A DNA stretch of 64,000 nt, taken from Octopus vulgaris (taxonomy: Eukaryota). The stretch lies in contig OX597814.1 in assembly GCA_951406725.2 (NCBI GenBank), positions 11,222,001 through 11,286,000 of the forward strand. Direction: 5' to 3'. Positions within the stretch are counted from its first letter, which is position 1. Each line of letters opens with the position of its first letter. The notes under the pieces are model-generated. The model saw only the letters and a program-made list of their open reading frames with translations. It was not told where the DNA came from and made no database searches. This document shows, one piece after another, positions 13,380 to 26,762 of the stretch. A program made the position numbers and the translations under genes.

Positions 13380-13554
13380 TATAATCCGGTGTTCCTCTCA
13401 TACCTGCAGTTATTTCATTTGAATTTAAGACGCTTCACTTTCCAGTAAAACTAAGTTTTGGTATTTCACTTAACAAATCTCAAGGTCAATTTCTCAGAGA
13501 TCGCTCTATTGCATGCCTCTCCCACGGCCATCTGGCTTGTTCACGAGCTGGAAG
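13380..13554 (+). mobile_element. Helitron PIF1 helicase remnant
   Basis: VPLIPAVISFEFKTLHFPVKLSFGISLNKSQGQFL..CLSHGHL..CSRAGS; same motifs as 4130-4345. Confidence 0.7.
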
Positions 13555-13910
13555 CAGATGTTCTTCGATGCGAATGTGTAACGGCCTTGTTGTGCTACCC
13601 ACATCGAACTTGTTGTATTTGACACATTGTATTCTATATACACGACATTTACCCGTTGGCAGAAGTCTGTGTCACGGATGGGACAGTTTGCTAGTGTGCA
13701 TTGATTGCTGTCCCTTGCCCGTTTACTTGCGAGGTGTCTTCTCAGCGAGGGGCCTGAGTGGGCTAGTTGTATGTCTAGTCCTTCTCTTCTTATGTAACGA
13801 ATGCAACAAGTTCTATGTGGGCAGCACTACAAGACCGTTACACATTCGCATCAAAGAACATCTGAACAGGGGAGCCTCCTCCTTCAGAAAACATCTAGAC
13901 AGATACCGGA

Positions 13911-14147
13911 ACTCTTTTACTCTCTTTTACTCTTTTACTTGTTTCAGTCATTTGACTGTGGCCATGCTGGAGCACCGCCTATAGTCGAACAAATCGACCC
14001 CAGGACTTATTCTTTGTAAGTCTAGTACTTATTCTATCGGTGTCTTTTGCCGAACCGCTAAGTTATGGGGACGTAAACACACCAGCATCGGTTGTCAAGC
14101 GATGTGGGGGGGGGGGCAAACACACACACACATATATATATATATAA

Positions 14148-14183
<36 letters not shown>

Positions 14184-14184
14184 C

Positions 14185-14233
<49 letters not shown>

Positions 14234-14383
14234 GACGGGCTTCTTTCAGTTTCCGTCTACCAAATCCACTCACAAGGCTTTGGTCGGCCCGAGGCTATAG
14301 TAGAAGACACTTGCCCAAGGTGCCACGCAGTGGGACTGAACCTGGAACCATGTGGTTCGTAAGCAAGCTTCTTACCACACAGC
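13911..14383 (-). mobile_element. tRNA-derived SINE family A with internal (TA)n
   Basis: Minus: GGCTGTGTGGTAAGAAGCTTGC..GGTTCAGTCCCACTGCGTGGC head; tail GTAAAAGAGTAAAAGAG; multi-copy. Confidence 0.9.
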
Positions 14384-14853
14384 CAACAGTCACAATTGCG
14401 GCCAATGAAAGAAATTGAGTAATTTAAGAATTAAGGAAGCTATTCTCATAGAGAGACTAGGGCCCCAAATGAACAACAAGCTGGAGCTCGGCAGTCAATA
14501 TATTCTCTAGCTACATCTGGATGCGTGTAGGTTTTTTTATGACATGCTCATGTATTATTTATTTTTAAAAAAGGGAAGAGAAAAAAAGAAAAGGAGAAAA
14601 AGGAAGAAAAGGGAAGGAGAAGGGGAAAATAGAGGAAACTGCACGTATAATATATAACTTCGAAGCAGCGCTGCGGATGTGCCAGCACACACGAGCCTGA
14701 GACATGGCCGCCCTCACGCACTTCTCATAAGGAGCTTAGTAAGACCAGTGCAGAGACACTTCCGAGGAAAGGGGGGAAAAAAGGGCAAGAAAAATAAAAA
14801 ATAAAAACGCCGTTGGAAAATCGATTGTAGCAGTGACTCGATCAATCCCTAGG

Positions 14854-14895
14854 GATATCTGAAGAAGGAATTTTTATATTCCAAAATATTGTATC
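14854..14895 (+). ncRNA. Degenerate minimal hammerhead-like motif at the Penelope terminal repeat
   Basis: GATAT-CTGAAGA-A-GGAAT(TTTTAT)ATTCC-AAAA-TATTGTATC: CUGANGA core and stem II present; canonical GAAA reads AAAA. Confidence 0.4.
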
Positions 14896-14939
14896 AAACT
14901 ATGGATGATTAAAATGCTTTGTTGCGCCATTAAAAACAC

Positions 14940-15027
<88 letters not shown>

Positions 15028-15069
15028 TGTATGTATGTTTGTATGTATGTATGTATGTATGTATTTATG

Positions 15070-15127
<58 letters not shown>

Positions 15128-15603
15128 GTGCGTCTAGCCTGCAAAATCGTATTTATTACTTTACTAATGAGGTCTTTGCGAATATTAGTGCCTTGTTTGG
15201 TAGAACCGGACTGGTAGTTGTTCGATTTGTCTCGCTGCACAAACCTGATCTTGTTTTCGTTCCCCAGGCTTTTAAACCATATGATAATTCCATTGATGTT
15301 AGACCATAATTTGAGTTTGGTTAATTTAGATATTATCCTATCTCTTATTGCTTCGCTAATTTTACCTATATTCGATTTAGATGGGCATATAAGTCTTACT
15401 GATGGGTTATCCTGGAAGTTTTCCTTATGGTCTTTTAGGCTTATTTTAAGTGACATAGGTGTGTAAGATCTAGTCTTGTCTTGTATACCTAATTTCTTAA
15501 CTATTTTCAGCCCCTTCTTATTTATATTATCTAATGTATTGTGTGGTGTGTGCTTGTATTTGCTATGTAATTACTTAGTTAAAAGATTAGTGTATGCGTT
15601 AAT

Positions 15604-15912
15604 GTGGAGGTGCAATAGCCCAGTAGTTAGGGCAGCGGACTCGCGATCGGAGGATCGCGGTTTCGATTCCCAGACCGAGCGTTGTGTGTATTTATTGAGC
15701 GAAAACACCTAAAAGCTCCACGAGTCTCCGGCAGAGGCTGAGCGACCCCTGTTGTACTCTTTCACCACAACTTTCTCCCAATCTCTCTTCCTGTTTCTTG
15801 AGTAACTCTGCGGTGGACTGGCGTCCCGTCCAGCTGGTGGGGAACACATACGCCACAGAAACTGGGAAACCGAGCCAATGAGCCTGGCTAGGCTTGAAAA
15901 GGGCGACGTTTA
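15604..15912 (+). mobile_element. tRNA-derived SINE, head H1 with tail Y
   Basis: GTGGAGGTGCAATAGCCCAGTAGTTAGGGCAGCGGACTCGCG..GGTTTCGATTCCC head; 3' half GGACTGGCGTCCCGTCCAGC..CCTGGCTAGGCTTGAAAAGGGCG. Confidence 0.8.
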
Positions 15913-16100
15913 TCGTATGTGTTAATATCAACATTATTGCGGTTATCGGTTTTGTCCGCAGGTACCAATATTCCAGTAGCGTTCCCGAAGATTTTGAGCA
16001 GTTCATTTAGTTTTCTTGGGTGCTTACTCTGGTTCTTTGGGCACTTCTTAAATTCGATGCGTTTTAATTATACTAAAAAGTTTCCCCTTCGAATGATATA

Positions 16101-16320
16101 TTTCTTTATTGCCCACAAGGGGCTTAACATAAAGGGGACAGACAAAGGGATTAAGTCAATTACATCGACCCCAGTGCGCAACTGGTACTTAATTTATCGA
16201 CCCCGAAAGAATGAAAGGCAAAGTCGACTTCGGCGGAATTTGAACTCACAACGTAACGGCAGACGAAATGCGGCTACGCATTCCGCCCGGCGTGCTAACG
16301 TTTCTGCCAACTCGCTTTTC
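16101..16320 (-). mobile_element. SINE family B, tail type 1, with target-site duplication
   Basis: Flanked by CCCCTTCGAATGATA and CCCCTTCAAATGATA; tail retains AATAAAGAAA on minus. Confidence 0.85.
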
Positions 16321-16601
16321 GCTCCCCTTCAAATGATACTAAAACCCTGTCTAGGAGGAGAATATCTGAACGGCAAAAAGGCCCTACCAAGTTCGAATAC
16401 ACTTAAACATGTTAAATATGTCTTTAAATGAATATTTAAGTTTTTAGCTCATTGCGTTCTGAATTTAAATCTTGCCGAAGTCAACTCTGCCTTTCTTGCT
16501 TTCGGTGTCAATAAAATAAAATACCAGCGAACTACTTGAACCGTTGTGAGAGACTCTACCACCCACCTCAATGTAAAAAAATTATTTTGTCTCATCATAT
16601 A

Positions 16602-16764
16602 GGCGCAGGAGTGGCTGTGTGGTAAGTAGCTTGTTTACCAACCACATGGTTCCGGGCTCAGTCTCCACTGCGTGGCACATTGGGCAAGTGTCTTCTACTA
16701 TAGCCTCGGGTCGACCAAAGCCTTGTGAGTGGATTTGGTAGACGGAAACTGAAAGAAGCCCGTC

Positions 16765-16809
<45 letters not shown>

Positions 16810-17030
16810 TGTGTGTGTGTTTGTGTGTCTGTGTTTGTCCCCCTAGCATTGCTTGACAACCGATGCTGGTGTGTTTATGTCCCCGTAACTTAGCGGTTCG
16901 GCAAAAGAGACCGATAGAATAAGTACTGGGCTTACAAAAGAATAAGTCACGGGGTCGAGTTGCCCGATTAAAGGTGGTGCTCCAGCATGGCCGCAGTCAA
17001 ATGACTGAAACAAGTAAAAGAGTAAAGAGT
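16602..17030 (+). mobile_element. SINE family A, full length
   Basis: GGCGCAGGAGTGGCTGTGTGGTAAG head to GTAAAAGAGTAAAGAGT tail. Confidence 0.9.
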
Positions 17031-17059
17031 ATATAAAGAAAAGTATTGGGATTATTTCT

Positions 17060-17385
17060 ATGCTGCTTTATAATCAGTTTACACATTTGCTGGCTTCGTC
17101 TATTTTTCTAGTATTTTAGAATTCTCTATTTTTATCAAAGCCATTCCACTCTTGCGCGTGGTAGGTTGGTACCTCCTGCCTGTATCAGATTCAGAATGGG
17201 GGAGTTCGGCATACAGCGATTAGTTTTCTTGTATTCTTATCTAAGCTCTTCAGTTCACTTAATTTCCAATTTATTATATTTACGACTGGCAAGACCGGTA
17301 CACGTATACTTGTTATCTTACTACTGGCATTGTGATAGGTTTTTAATATTAGTTTGACTTTCTCCTTTATTTCTAAGTACATGTA
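17060..17385 (-). mobile_element. Degenerate R4/Dong-like LINE fragment (post-RT region)
   Basis: KITSIRVPVL..IINWKLSELKSLDKNTRKLI resembles NK..AIN..AVPVL...IINW...EL..LDRKTRKL of RLE LINEs. Confidence 0.55.
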
Positions 17386-18273
17386 TGGGTGGTTCCGTCC
17401 TAATTCTCAAATTTCAGACACGCACACAGGAGAAGAAGTGTGTGATTTTTTCTATTTCAATTTCCAATCCAAAGTTCTTTTGTGTGTGTGTGCGTGTGCG
17501 TGTGTGTATTGAACAGGCAGGCATTAACAGCAAATAAGTTGTACATGAAACGGTTTATGATTTGATTATGGACTAATAATTATGCGTACTTTTGACAATA
17601 AATATTTAAGTTTACAGCCCATTGCCTTTTGAATTTAAATCATGCCGAAGTTAAGTGGTTAAGGTGTTGCACTCACGACACGATCACGAGGTCGTAGTTT
17701 CAATTCCTGGACTGGAAGATGCTTTGTGTTCTTGAGCAAAGTACTTCATCTCACGTTGCTCTGGGATCACTTGGACGCCTGTTCAGGCAACGTCGATTTG
17801 ATGGAAGGAGTGAGCTAACGTGTGGCACATACATTTGATCATTATAAACAATTCATTTGTGCAGGTTGTTCACATATTTTTCAGACTACTAGGGACTACC
17901 ATCATTTATTATGGACATCCTAGTTTGTGACGATCTACCACACACACTACTAATATGGCGCTGGAGAAAGTTATCCCTGATCCACTCGATTACGTCAGTA
18001 ATTTTGAAGGAAGGGGATTAAGCCGTATCATCAACCTCAGTATTTGACTTGTAGTTTATTTTATTGAGCCAGAAAGAGGGAAAGGTAAAATTGACACTAA
18101 CGAGAATTGAACTCAGAAAGAAATGACGAAAGAAACACTGCAAAGCATTTGTCCAATACTCTCAATATTTTCCAGCCCCCCCCCCCTCTCTTATCAAAAT
18201 AACTTGAGCCTTATCCCTCGTATGACAGGTAACTTTGAAAGTATAACCACTGCGAAATACCAGAAAATATATA

Positions 18274-18488
18274 TTTCTTTACCACCCGCAAGGGGTTAAA
18301 CACAGAGGGGACAAACAAGGACAGACAAACGGATTAAGTCGATTACATCGACCCCAGTGCGCAACTGGTACTTAATTTATCGACCCCGAAAGGATGAAAG
18401 GCAAAGTCGACCTCGGCGGAATTTGAACTCAGAACTACGGCTACGCATTTCGCCCGGCGTGCTAACGTTTCTGCCATCTCGCCGCCTT
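18274..18488 (-). mobile_element. SINE family B, tail type 1, with TSD
   Basis: Flanked by AATACCAGAAAATATA on both sides. Confidence 0.85.
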
Positions 18489-19151
18489 AATACCAGAAAA
18501 TATAACAGACAGTATTTATGATTTCACTTTTATCAAATTACTTGAACATTAATTTTCAAAAGAAAAAAAAATATTTATTACCTTAAAATTAATATCTGCA
18601 TGCGTATATGATTGTGTATGTAAATATGTAAACGTGTATATGTATGCGTATGCATGTGGAATAATTTATGGTATATGTTTGTATGTATATGTAATGCTTG
18701 TATTCTAGTGTATGTTTGTATTGTATCTTGTACTGTATTAATATACGCTACGATTAGTATATGTGAGGGCACAGTACGTAGACGCTTTGGTGTTGTATCC
18801 ACGATCTTTAGATAGCGGTTTCAATTTCTAGACCAGGTGGTGCGTTGGATTCTTGAGCAAAAAACTTCAATTCACGTTGCTCTGCGACCACTTCGACTCC
18901 CGGTGTGTGGTAGATTTGATAGAGAGAGTGAACCAATGTACTGCACAAACATTTGATCACTTTAAACCAATAATTTTTGCAGGTTGTTCGGCAAAAGTTG
19001 CAGAACCGTCTTTCTCGGAGTCCTAAATAAGGCGGCGCTAGAGCGTCTGACAAAATACCTAGTGTTATTTCTTCCGACTTGTTACGTTCTCAATTAAAAT
19101 TCGGCTCTGGTCAACTTCGCCTTTCATACTTCGGGATCGATAAATTACTTT

Positions 19152-19512
19152 TGTGTGGTAAGTAGCTTGCTAACCAACCACATGGTTCCGGGTTCAGTCC
19201 CACTGTGTGGCATCTTGGGCAAGTGTCTTCTGCTATAGCCCCGGGCCGACTAATGCCTTGTGAGTGGATTTAGTAGACGGAAACTGAAAGAAGCCTGTCG
19301 TATATATGTATATATATATAAGTTTGTGTGTCTGTGTTTGTCCCACTAGCATTGCTTGACAACCGATGCTGGTGTGTTTACGTCCCCGTCACTTAGCGGT
19401 TCGGCTAAAGAGACCGATAGAATAAGTACTGGGGTCGATTTGCTCGACTAAAGGCGGTGCTCCAGCATGGCCGCAGTCAAATGACTGAAACAAGTCAAAG
19501 AGTAAAAGAGTA
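19152..19512 (+). mobile_element. SINE family A inserted in one copy of the duplication
   Basis: Empty site in paralogous copy near 20850-20877 (ATAAATTACTTT-AATAGTAATTTATAAA). Confidence 0.88.
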
Positions 19513-19610
19513 ATTTATAAATGACTTAAATCTCTTCACTACCTCTTTACCTATCACCTTCTCGCCCAACTCTCTCAACCTCTCACCATCTCTCTCTCTC
19601 TATCTCTCTT

Positions 19611-19644
<34 letters not shown>

Positions 19645-20484
19645 CTCTCTCCCTTTTACTCCCGCTGCTTTGTTTTATAAAATTATTCTTTTGTCTTTTA
19701 TACTGTCCTGGACTGTTTCGCTTTCATTTCCCCCCACCCTGTATCCCCCTATGTCTCTCTCTCTCTATCTATCAAGCTATCTCTCGCTCACTCTCTCTCT
19801 CTCAGAAAAACAACTATCATTTATTTTCCCTCCTCCTCCTCACTATTTGTGTGTGCGGCCTTCTTTACTCATTATCTGCCACCAAGCCAAACAAGTGCAC
19901 GCATCCTGCTACCAAGAAATTGGTAGTAGTCTGTGTTGGTAAAAGTTATGCAGTAACGTTGATGGGTTTGGATAAATATGTTTCGTGTTGGAAAAAAAGA
20001 GAAACTGTTTAAGGAGTAGCTTTTCATCTAAGTGAAACGAAATTTTCTCCCAGACGAAAGAACACTACTAGATCATCAGATTCCTCCTTTCTGCACAACA
20101 TACAGATTTATCCAAAGTCATGAATTACATACACTATGCCTGGTATTAAAACGAGATTGTCACTTGGTTAGAATAGCTTTGACGATGGGTTTAATTAACT
20201 AGAGTTGACCAGGGGATAAACATGAAAACCACAACACCATGATCAGAGGTAACAGTCTCTTCTCTTTAACATTAGCTGTGGAAGTAAAATGTAAACGTAT
20301 TAGTCTCATATCGTCTTGCGTATGCATCGCTATATAATCCGGAAGAATTTGTAACCAATATGTGTTTATTTTTGCTGTACGTATGTATGTGTGAATATGT
20401 ATGTATTCTAGGCACAAGTATGTATACCCCTACATGTATTTGGGAAGGTGAGGGCGCATGATCTAGACGCTTTGGTGTTGCATC

Positions 20485-20770
20485 CCCAGTACGCAACTGG
20501 TACTTAATTTATCTACACCGAAAGGATGGAAGGCAAAGTCGACCTCGGCAGAAATTGAACTCAGAACGTAACGGCAGACGAAATACTTATTTCTTTAAAC
20601 CCACATAGGGGCTAAACACAGAGAGCACAAACAAGGACAGACAAACGGATTAAGTCGATTACATCGACCCCAGTGCGTAACTGGTACTTAATTTATCGAC
20701 TCCGAAAGGATGAAAGGCAAGTCGACCTCGGCGGAATTTGAACTCAGAACGTAACGGCAGACGAAATACC
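20485..20770 (-). mobile_element. Tandem truncated SINE family B dimer
   Basis: Two head-truncated units both ending at CGGCAGACGAAATAC; similar dimer at about 21845-22253. Confidence 0.8.
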
Positions 20771-23700
20771 TGGTGTTATTTCTTCCGACTTGTTTCGTTC
20801 TCAATCAAAATTCCGCTCTGGTCAACTTCGCCTTTCATACTTCGGGATCGATAAATTACTTTAATAGTAATTTATAAATGCCTTCAATCTCTTCTCTACT
20901 TCTTTACCTATCACCTTCTTGCCCAACTCTCTCAACCTCTCACCATCTCTCTCTCTTTCTCTCTGTCTGTCTCTCTCTGTCTCTGTCTCTCTCTCTCTCC
21001 CTTTTACTCCCGCTGCTTTGTTTTATAAAATTATTCTTTTGTCTTTTATACTGTCCTGAACTGTTTCGCTTTCATTTCCCCCCCACCCTGTATCTACATT
21101 TAACTACTTTATCTCTCTATCTATCAAGCTATCTCTCGCTGTCTCTCTCTCTCTCTATCTATCAAGCTATCTCTCGCTCTCTCTCTGTCTCTCTCTCTCT
21201 CTCTCTCCCTCTCTCTCTAACAACTTTCATTTACTTGCCCTCCTCCTGCCCCTCACTGTTTGTGTATGCAGCATTCTTCATTCATTGTCTGCCACCAAGC
21301 CAAACAAGTGCACGCATCCTGCTACCAAGAAATTGGTAGTAGTCTGTGTTGGTAAAAGAAATACTAATATTAGTTAACTGGAAGGCGGCGAGCTGACAGA
21401 ATCATTAGCATGCCAGGCAAAATGTTTAGCAATATTTCATCAGTCCTTACGTTCTGAGTACAAATTCCCCCAAGGTTGATTTTACCTTTCATTTTTTCAG
21501 GGTCCATATTCTGGAAGGAATCTATAGAGCCTTTACAGTTTGGGACATATAGATTTATCCAAAGTCATGAATTACATACACTATGCCTGATATTAACGAG
21601 AACAGGTAGTGCAAATTCGGAGATGCAAAGACCGTTGCAGGTGAGTGTTGGGGTATCATTTAATTGACTAGAGTTGACAAGGGATGGTAACATGAAAACC
21701 ACAACACCATGTAGGCAGTCAGTCAGAAAGACTGAGAACAAGCGCTGAATATAATACAGATAACGGGAAAATCATTAGTTAATTCTAAGTATTAATGTAG
21801 TACCTCTATATGATCAAGAATTTTAACCAATATTTTTATTTTTGCTTAATATTTGAGAATATTCTATTCTACTCTAAGCACATAGGCCCGACATATTTGG
21901 GGAGTGGGGCCAGTCGATTACTTCCATGTTAGTCTCTGCCTTAATATCTTACCAAACCTGAGTAGCAAAGTCGACCTTGAAATTGAACTCAGACCGTAAA
22001 GACAGACGAAACCCTATTTCTATTTCTTTACTACCCACAAGGGGCTAAACACAGAGAGGACAAACAAGGACAGACATAGGTATTAAGTCGATTACATCGA
22101 CCTCCAGTGCGTAACTGGTACTTAATTTATCGACCCCGAAAAGATGAAAGGCAAGTCAACCTCGGCGGAATTTGACCTCAGAACGTAACGGCAGACGAAA
22201 TGCGGCTACGCATTTCGCCCGGCGTGCTAATGTTTCTGCCAGCTCACCGCCTTATATTTGAAAATATTAGAGAACACATTGTGAGAGACATAGAGGAATA
22301 TATACAGACGTTTTAGCTTCCTTTTCTTATGTTTAGTTTAAATTTTGAGCTAATATATTTTTTATTTTTGTTTATTATTTAAATGAAAACACACACTAAA
22401 ATTAAGAAAAGCTAAAACATCTTTTCTATATATATGAATATACATTTAACTATTTTATTCTCTAATAAAGGAGAAAATTTACGGTGCTCTTCTTGAAAGT
22501 ATTTCCATGTCTCTTTTTTAAAGGACGTAACGGGGTGGACATAGTGCGTAGGTGCCCTTCGCAGGCTGAGTGGAGCAACGTGAAATGAAGTGTTTTGCTC
22601 AAGAACACAACGCGTTGCCCGGTCCAGGAATCGAAACCACAATCTTACAATCATAATGCTTACACCCTAACCACTAAGCCACGTGCCTCCACGTCTTAAA
22701 TATGTACCAGCCGTTAAAAGAAATACTAATATTAATTGACTGGAAGGAGGCGAGCTGACAGAATCATTAGCATGCCAGGCAAAATGTTTAGCAATATTTC
22801 ATCCGTCCTTACGTTCTGAGTACTAATTCCCCCAAGGTTGATTTTACCTTTCATAATCCATATAATAATAATAACAACAGTTTGGGATAGAAGGGTTGGA
22901 CAATAACAATAATAATAATAATAGTTGATGAGAGAAAGGTAGAGATACAGGTAGTATTATATTCTTCCATAAGAGATGCAAAGGCCGTTGCAGGTTTTGG
23001 GTGGGGTAACAGTTGATTACGACCCAAGTGTTTAACTAGTAATTATTTCATCGACCACGAAAGAATAAAAGGCAAAATCGACTTCAGATGAATTCGAACT
23101 CAGAGTATAAAGATGGACATAATGCCGCAAAGCTTTTTGTCTGGCGTGCTAACAATTCTGCCAGCTAATAATAATACTAATAATCCTTTCTACTGAAGGC
23201 ACAAGGCCTGCATTTTGTTGGGAGTCGATCACATCGACCCCTTAATATTACCAAACCTGAGTAGCAACATATTGTTTAATCTATACCGTTTCTCCTACAC
23301 AACCGTATTCTGAAAATACACGCACACATTGTGAGAGACACAGAGGAATATATACAGACAGACACACACATACTCACACATATATATATATATATATTGT
23401 ACACACACACACACGGGGAAAATAAACGTATGTCTCTCTGATGCTTTTCTCTTTCTCTCTCACTTCCCCCCCCCGCCCCACCGACTCTCTCCTTCTCTCT
23501 CTTTCTCACTCTTTCGGTGTCTGCGCCCTGATACGTTCATTATTATTTCCAGTTCAGTGTTGTGAAGTATCCCATCTGCCTGTAAAGGAGTCGTCTAACT
23601 TCATCCTTTATCTTAAGTAGACATGATTCTGGCCTTTATTATGAAGAAAGTAGCAAAAACAAAACGAAAGAGTATAGAAATTGTATAAAAGAAAGAGAAG

Positions 23701-23777
23701 CGATAAAGGAGAAAATTGATATATAATAATAATAATAATAACAATAATAATAACAATAATAATAACAATAATAATAA

Positions 23778-23808
<31 letters not shown>

Positions 23809-23983
23809 AGTATTATATTCTTCCATAAGAACAAGGCTAGAATTTTGGGGTGGGGTAAGTTGATTACGACCCAAGTGCTTAACTAGTAATTATTTCATCG
23901 ACCCCGAAAGAAAAAAAAGGTAACATCGACTTCAGATGAATTCGAACTCAGTGTCACTTTGATGGCATGCACTGCTCTCACAC

Positions 23984-24021
<38 letters not shown>

Positions 24022-25094
24022 CCTTTCTACTAAAGGCACAAGGCCTGAAATTTGGTGGAAGGAGGCCAATTGATCACATCGACCCCAGTACTCAACTGGC
24101 ACTTAATTTATCGGCCCCGAAAGGATGAAAGGCAAAGTCGATCTCGGCGAAATACTGCTAAATATTTCCCCCGACGTGCTAATGACTCTACCAGCTCACC
24201 GCCTTTAATAATCCTTTTCTACTATAGGCACAAGGGTTTGAAATTTTGGGGAGGAGACTAGTCGATTACATCGACCACAGTGTTTCACTGGTACTTAATT
24301 TATCGACCCCAAAAAGATGGTGGTGGTGGTGGTGGTGGTGGTGACGACGACGACGACGACGACGAAGATGATGATGATGATGATGATGATGTATTCTCCA
24401 ACTGGACAGACAAACGAACATCTCAAGAAAACTTTAAAACTTTAATATATTAAATTTTGCATGAAACTTATCCCTGACTACCCAAATATGTAAACATTTT
24501 TTTTTATTGCAACAACACAATTGAATTCAGAAATTCAAAAATTCGACGACGTGAATATCAGTATATATATATATATACGTAGGTTTGCCACGAGCCTTCA
24601 CGTCCATTAGAGCAGAGCTTTTGTTGATTTTCGTGGCGCATAAGCGACCGAGAGTACAATATTCCTCCTGCTCTGAGCGGGACGCTTCACCGTCACAGGA
24701 ATAAATCCAGCTATTGCTTGTATTTTTTTCCAGCCATGTGGGCAGGAGGAACAGCCACCCGGATTTCAGTGGAAGACTAGCAGTTATCCATCCATGCAAG
24801 TGTGCCCTCTCCACGTCTCCGATGTTGCCTATAGGAAAACCAACGCCTGAAGGCCGAGTGAGCTTGACACCATAGTCGCTACACGTGTTGTACCACAATA
24901 CAAAGAATCGGAGCAAATACTGCAAAGTATTCCGTTCCATCGATCTATCAATTCTACCATTGATTGGTACTTTATCAAGCATGAAAAACGAAATGCAAAA
25001 ACCGACCTTGATGTAATTTGAACTCAAAATACACGGCATTTACTTCAATGTTCTAGTGACCCTACCACTTCACTATCTTAAATAAGTAAAAAAT

Positions 25095-25344
25095 AAATAA
25101 ATTCGCCCTTTTAAAGCCTAGCCAGGCCCATGGGCCCGATTTCGTGGTTTCAGTGGCGTATGTGTTACCCAGCAAGACGGGACGCCAGTCCATTGCAGCG
25201 TTACTCATTTTTGCCAGGAGACTGGAGCAACGTGAAATGAAGTGTTTTGCTCAAGAACATAACGCGTCGCCCGGTCCAGGAATCGAAACCACAATCTTAT
25301 GATTATGATGCTGACACCCTAACCACTAAGCCACGCGCCTCCAC
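25095..25344 (-). mobile_element. SINE head H2 with tail Y
   Basis: Minus GTGGAGGCGCGTGGCTTAGTGGTTAGGG head, CORE-like TTCTTGAGCAAAACACTTCATTTCACGTTGCTCCAG, tail shared with the 15604 copy. Confidence 0.8.
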
Positions 25345-26005
25345 GTCTTAGATATGTACCTGCTGATAAAAGAAATACTAATATTAGTTAATTGACTGGA
25401 AGGTGGCGAGCTGACAGAATCATTAGCATACCAGGCAAAATATTTAGCAATATTTCAACCGTGCTTACGTTCTGAGTACAAATTCCGCCGAGGTCGATTT
25501 TACCTTTCATTTTTTCAGGGTCGATAAAATAAGTACCAGTTGAGGTACTCGACTTACTTCTTACCCCGAAATTGATGGCATTGTGCCAAAATTTGGAATC
25601 ATTATTATAATCGACTGTATCCTTTATGAGGGCCAGTGGCGAAGTGGAACCTAGCACAGTCTGTTGACTAGCCGGATCATAGGGGACTAAATCAACAACC
25701 ACTCTAAGCTTACTTAATGAGGAGGGTCCTCTTAGATAACATGCACGATGGCAAGCATCCAGTGTGTGGTCACAGTGTAATCAACTATATCCTACAAGCC
25801 TCCATATTCTACTCCAGTATGGCCACAGTCCAAAGTGTCAGTAGCCAGTAGAAGAAAAAAGTTTACAAATACGCAAACATAAATTGATGTTGTTATCTCA
25901 GGTCGGCAGAGATCGAATGGACTTATGAGCAAAGGCTTTCCAAACATGGCCATCCTATCTACTCAGATACAGAATATCCAGGACTGACTTCATTAGACAG
26001 TGTTC

Positions 26006-26099
<94 letters not shown>

Positions 26100-26762
26100 A
26101 TATAGACAGTAGAGTGAGATTTGAAGGAAAATATGTTACTATTTCTAGCAAGTCGATCATCCACGTGGAAGCATCTCTCAAGGATAAAAATGTCCGTCTA
26201 TCAAGCAAAACCCAACTTCATAATATCCTCCTCCATTGCCACAGCCTCCACCACCACCACCACCACCACTCATTTACCGTCACCGCCCATTGCCACAGCC
26301 ACCACTACGATCACCATCCATCGTCTATCGCAAAACAAACCAATCAACAACCATCTAACCAAACACATAGCTTGAAATACACTAATTACGGCTACTAAGT
26401 GCTACTTAAAGTTCATCAGATAATTAGTCGGCTGATAACAGGTCTGGCGCTTCGGAGGTTTTGACTTACCAATAATCATGTCTTAAATACAAGACGTACT
26501 TTTAATCTTTGTTAATATCTTAATTTCTGCTCTATAAAACTTTATTATGAACCGTCCTACTGATATGGACACCCTTCTCTTTTATTCATTCTTCCAAGCT
26601 TCATTTTCTTCGTTTTTTTTTATTTCTTTCATTCTTCGTTCTTGTTTAGTTTTTTTTTTTTGTTTGCTCTTTTCTGCTTTTTCTTTCCATTCTTTTATAT
26701 TTGCTTTATTCGTCTCTGTCTTTCTACAATTCTCGCTTTCATTCTCCAGTTATATTCATATT

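Larger units (their letters stand above)
13555..14900. mobile_element. Penelope-like element 3' region with inverted segment, split by a SINE
   Basis: Plus CNECNKFYVGSTTRPLHIRIKEHL (from 13793) resumes after the SINE as LRIKEAILIERLGPQMNNKLE (~14425-14490); minus 13555-13790 encodes CTLANCPIRDTDFCQRVNVVY..KFDVGSTTRPLHIRIEEHL. Confidence 0.8.
15130..16430 (-). mobile_element. Penelope-like RT N-terminal fragment interrupted by two SINEs
   Basis: KISLKDHKENFQDNPSVRLICPSKSNIGKIS and ILVPADKT resemble PLE pre-RT motifs; outer boundaries approximate. Confidence 0.65.
18640..25600. repeat. Mosaic local duplication
   Basis: 19052-19945 ~ 20763-21358; 20100-20242 ~ 21548-21711; 22570-22852 ~ 25223-25510; 22950-23105 ~ 23808-23952; 21354-21492 recurs near 22716 and 25367. 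Confidence 0.85.

Noticed and set aside
14092-14418. Recurring peptide [28 protein letters not shown] as a gene family
   Set aside because: It is the antisense translation of SINE family A
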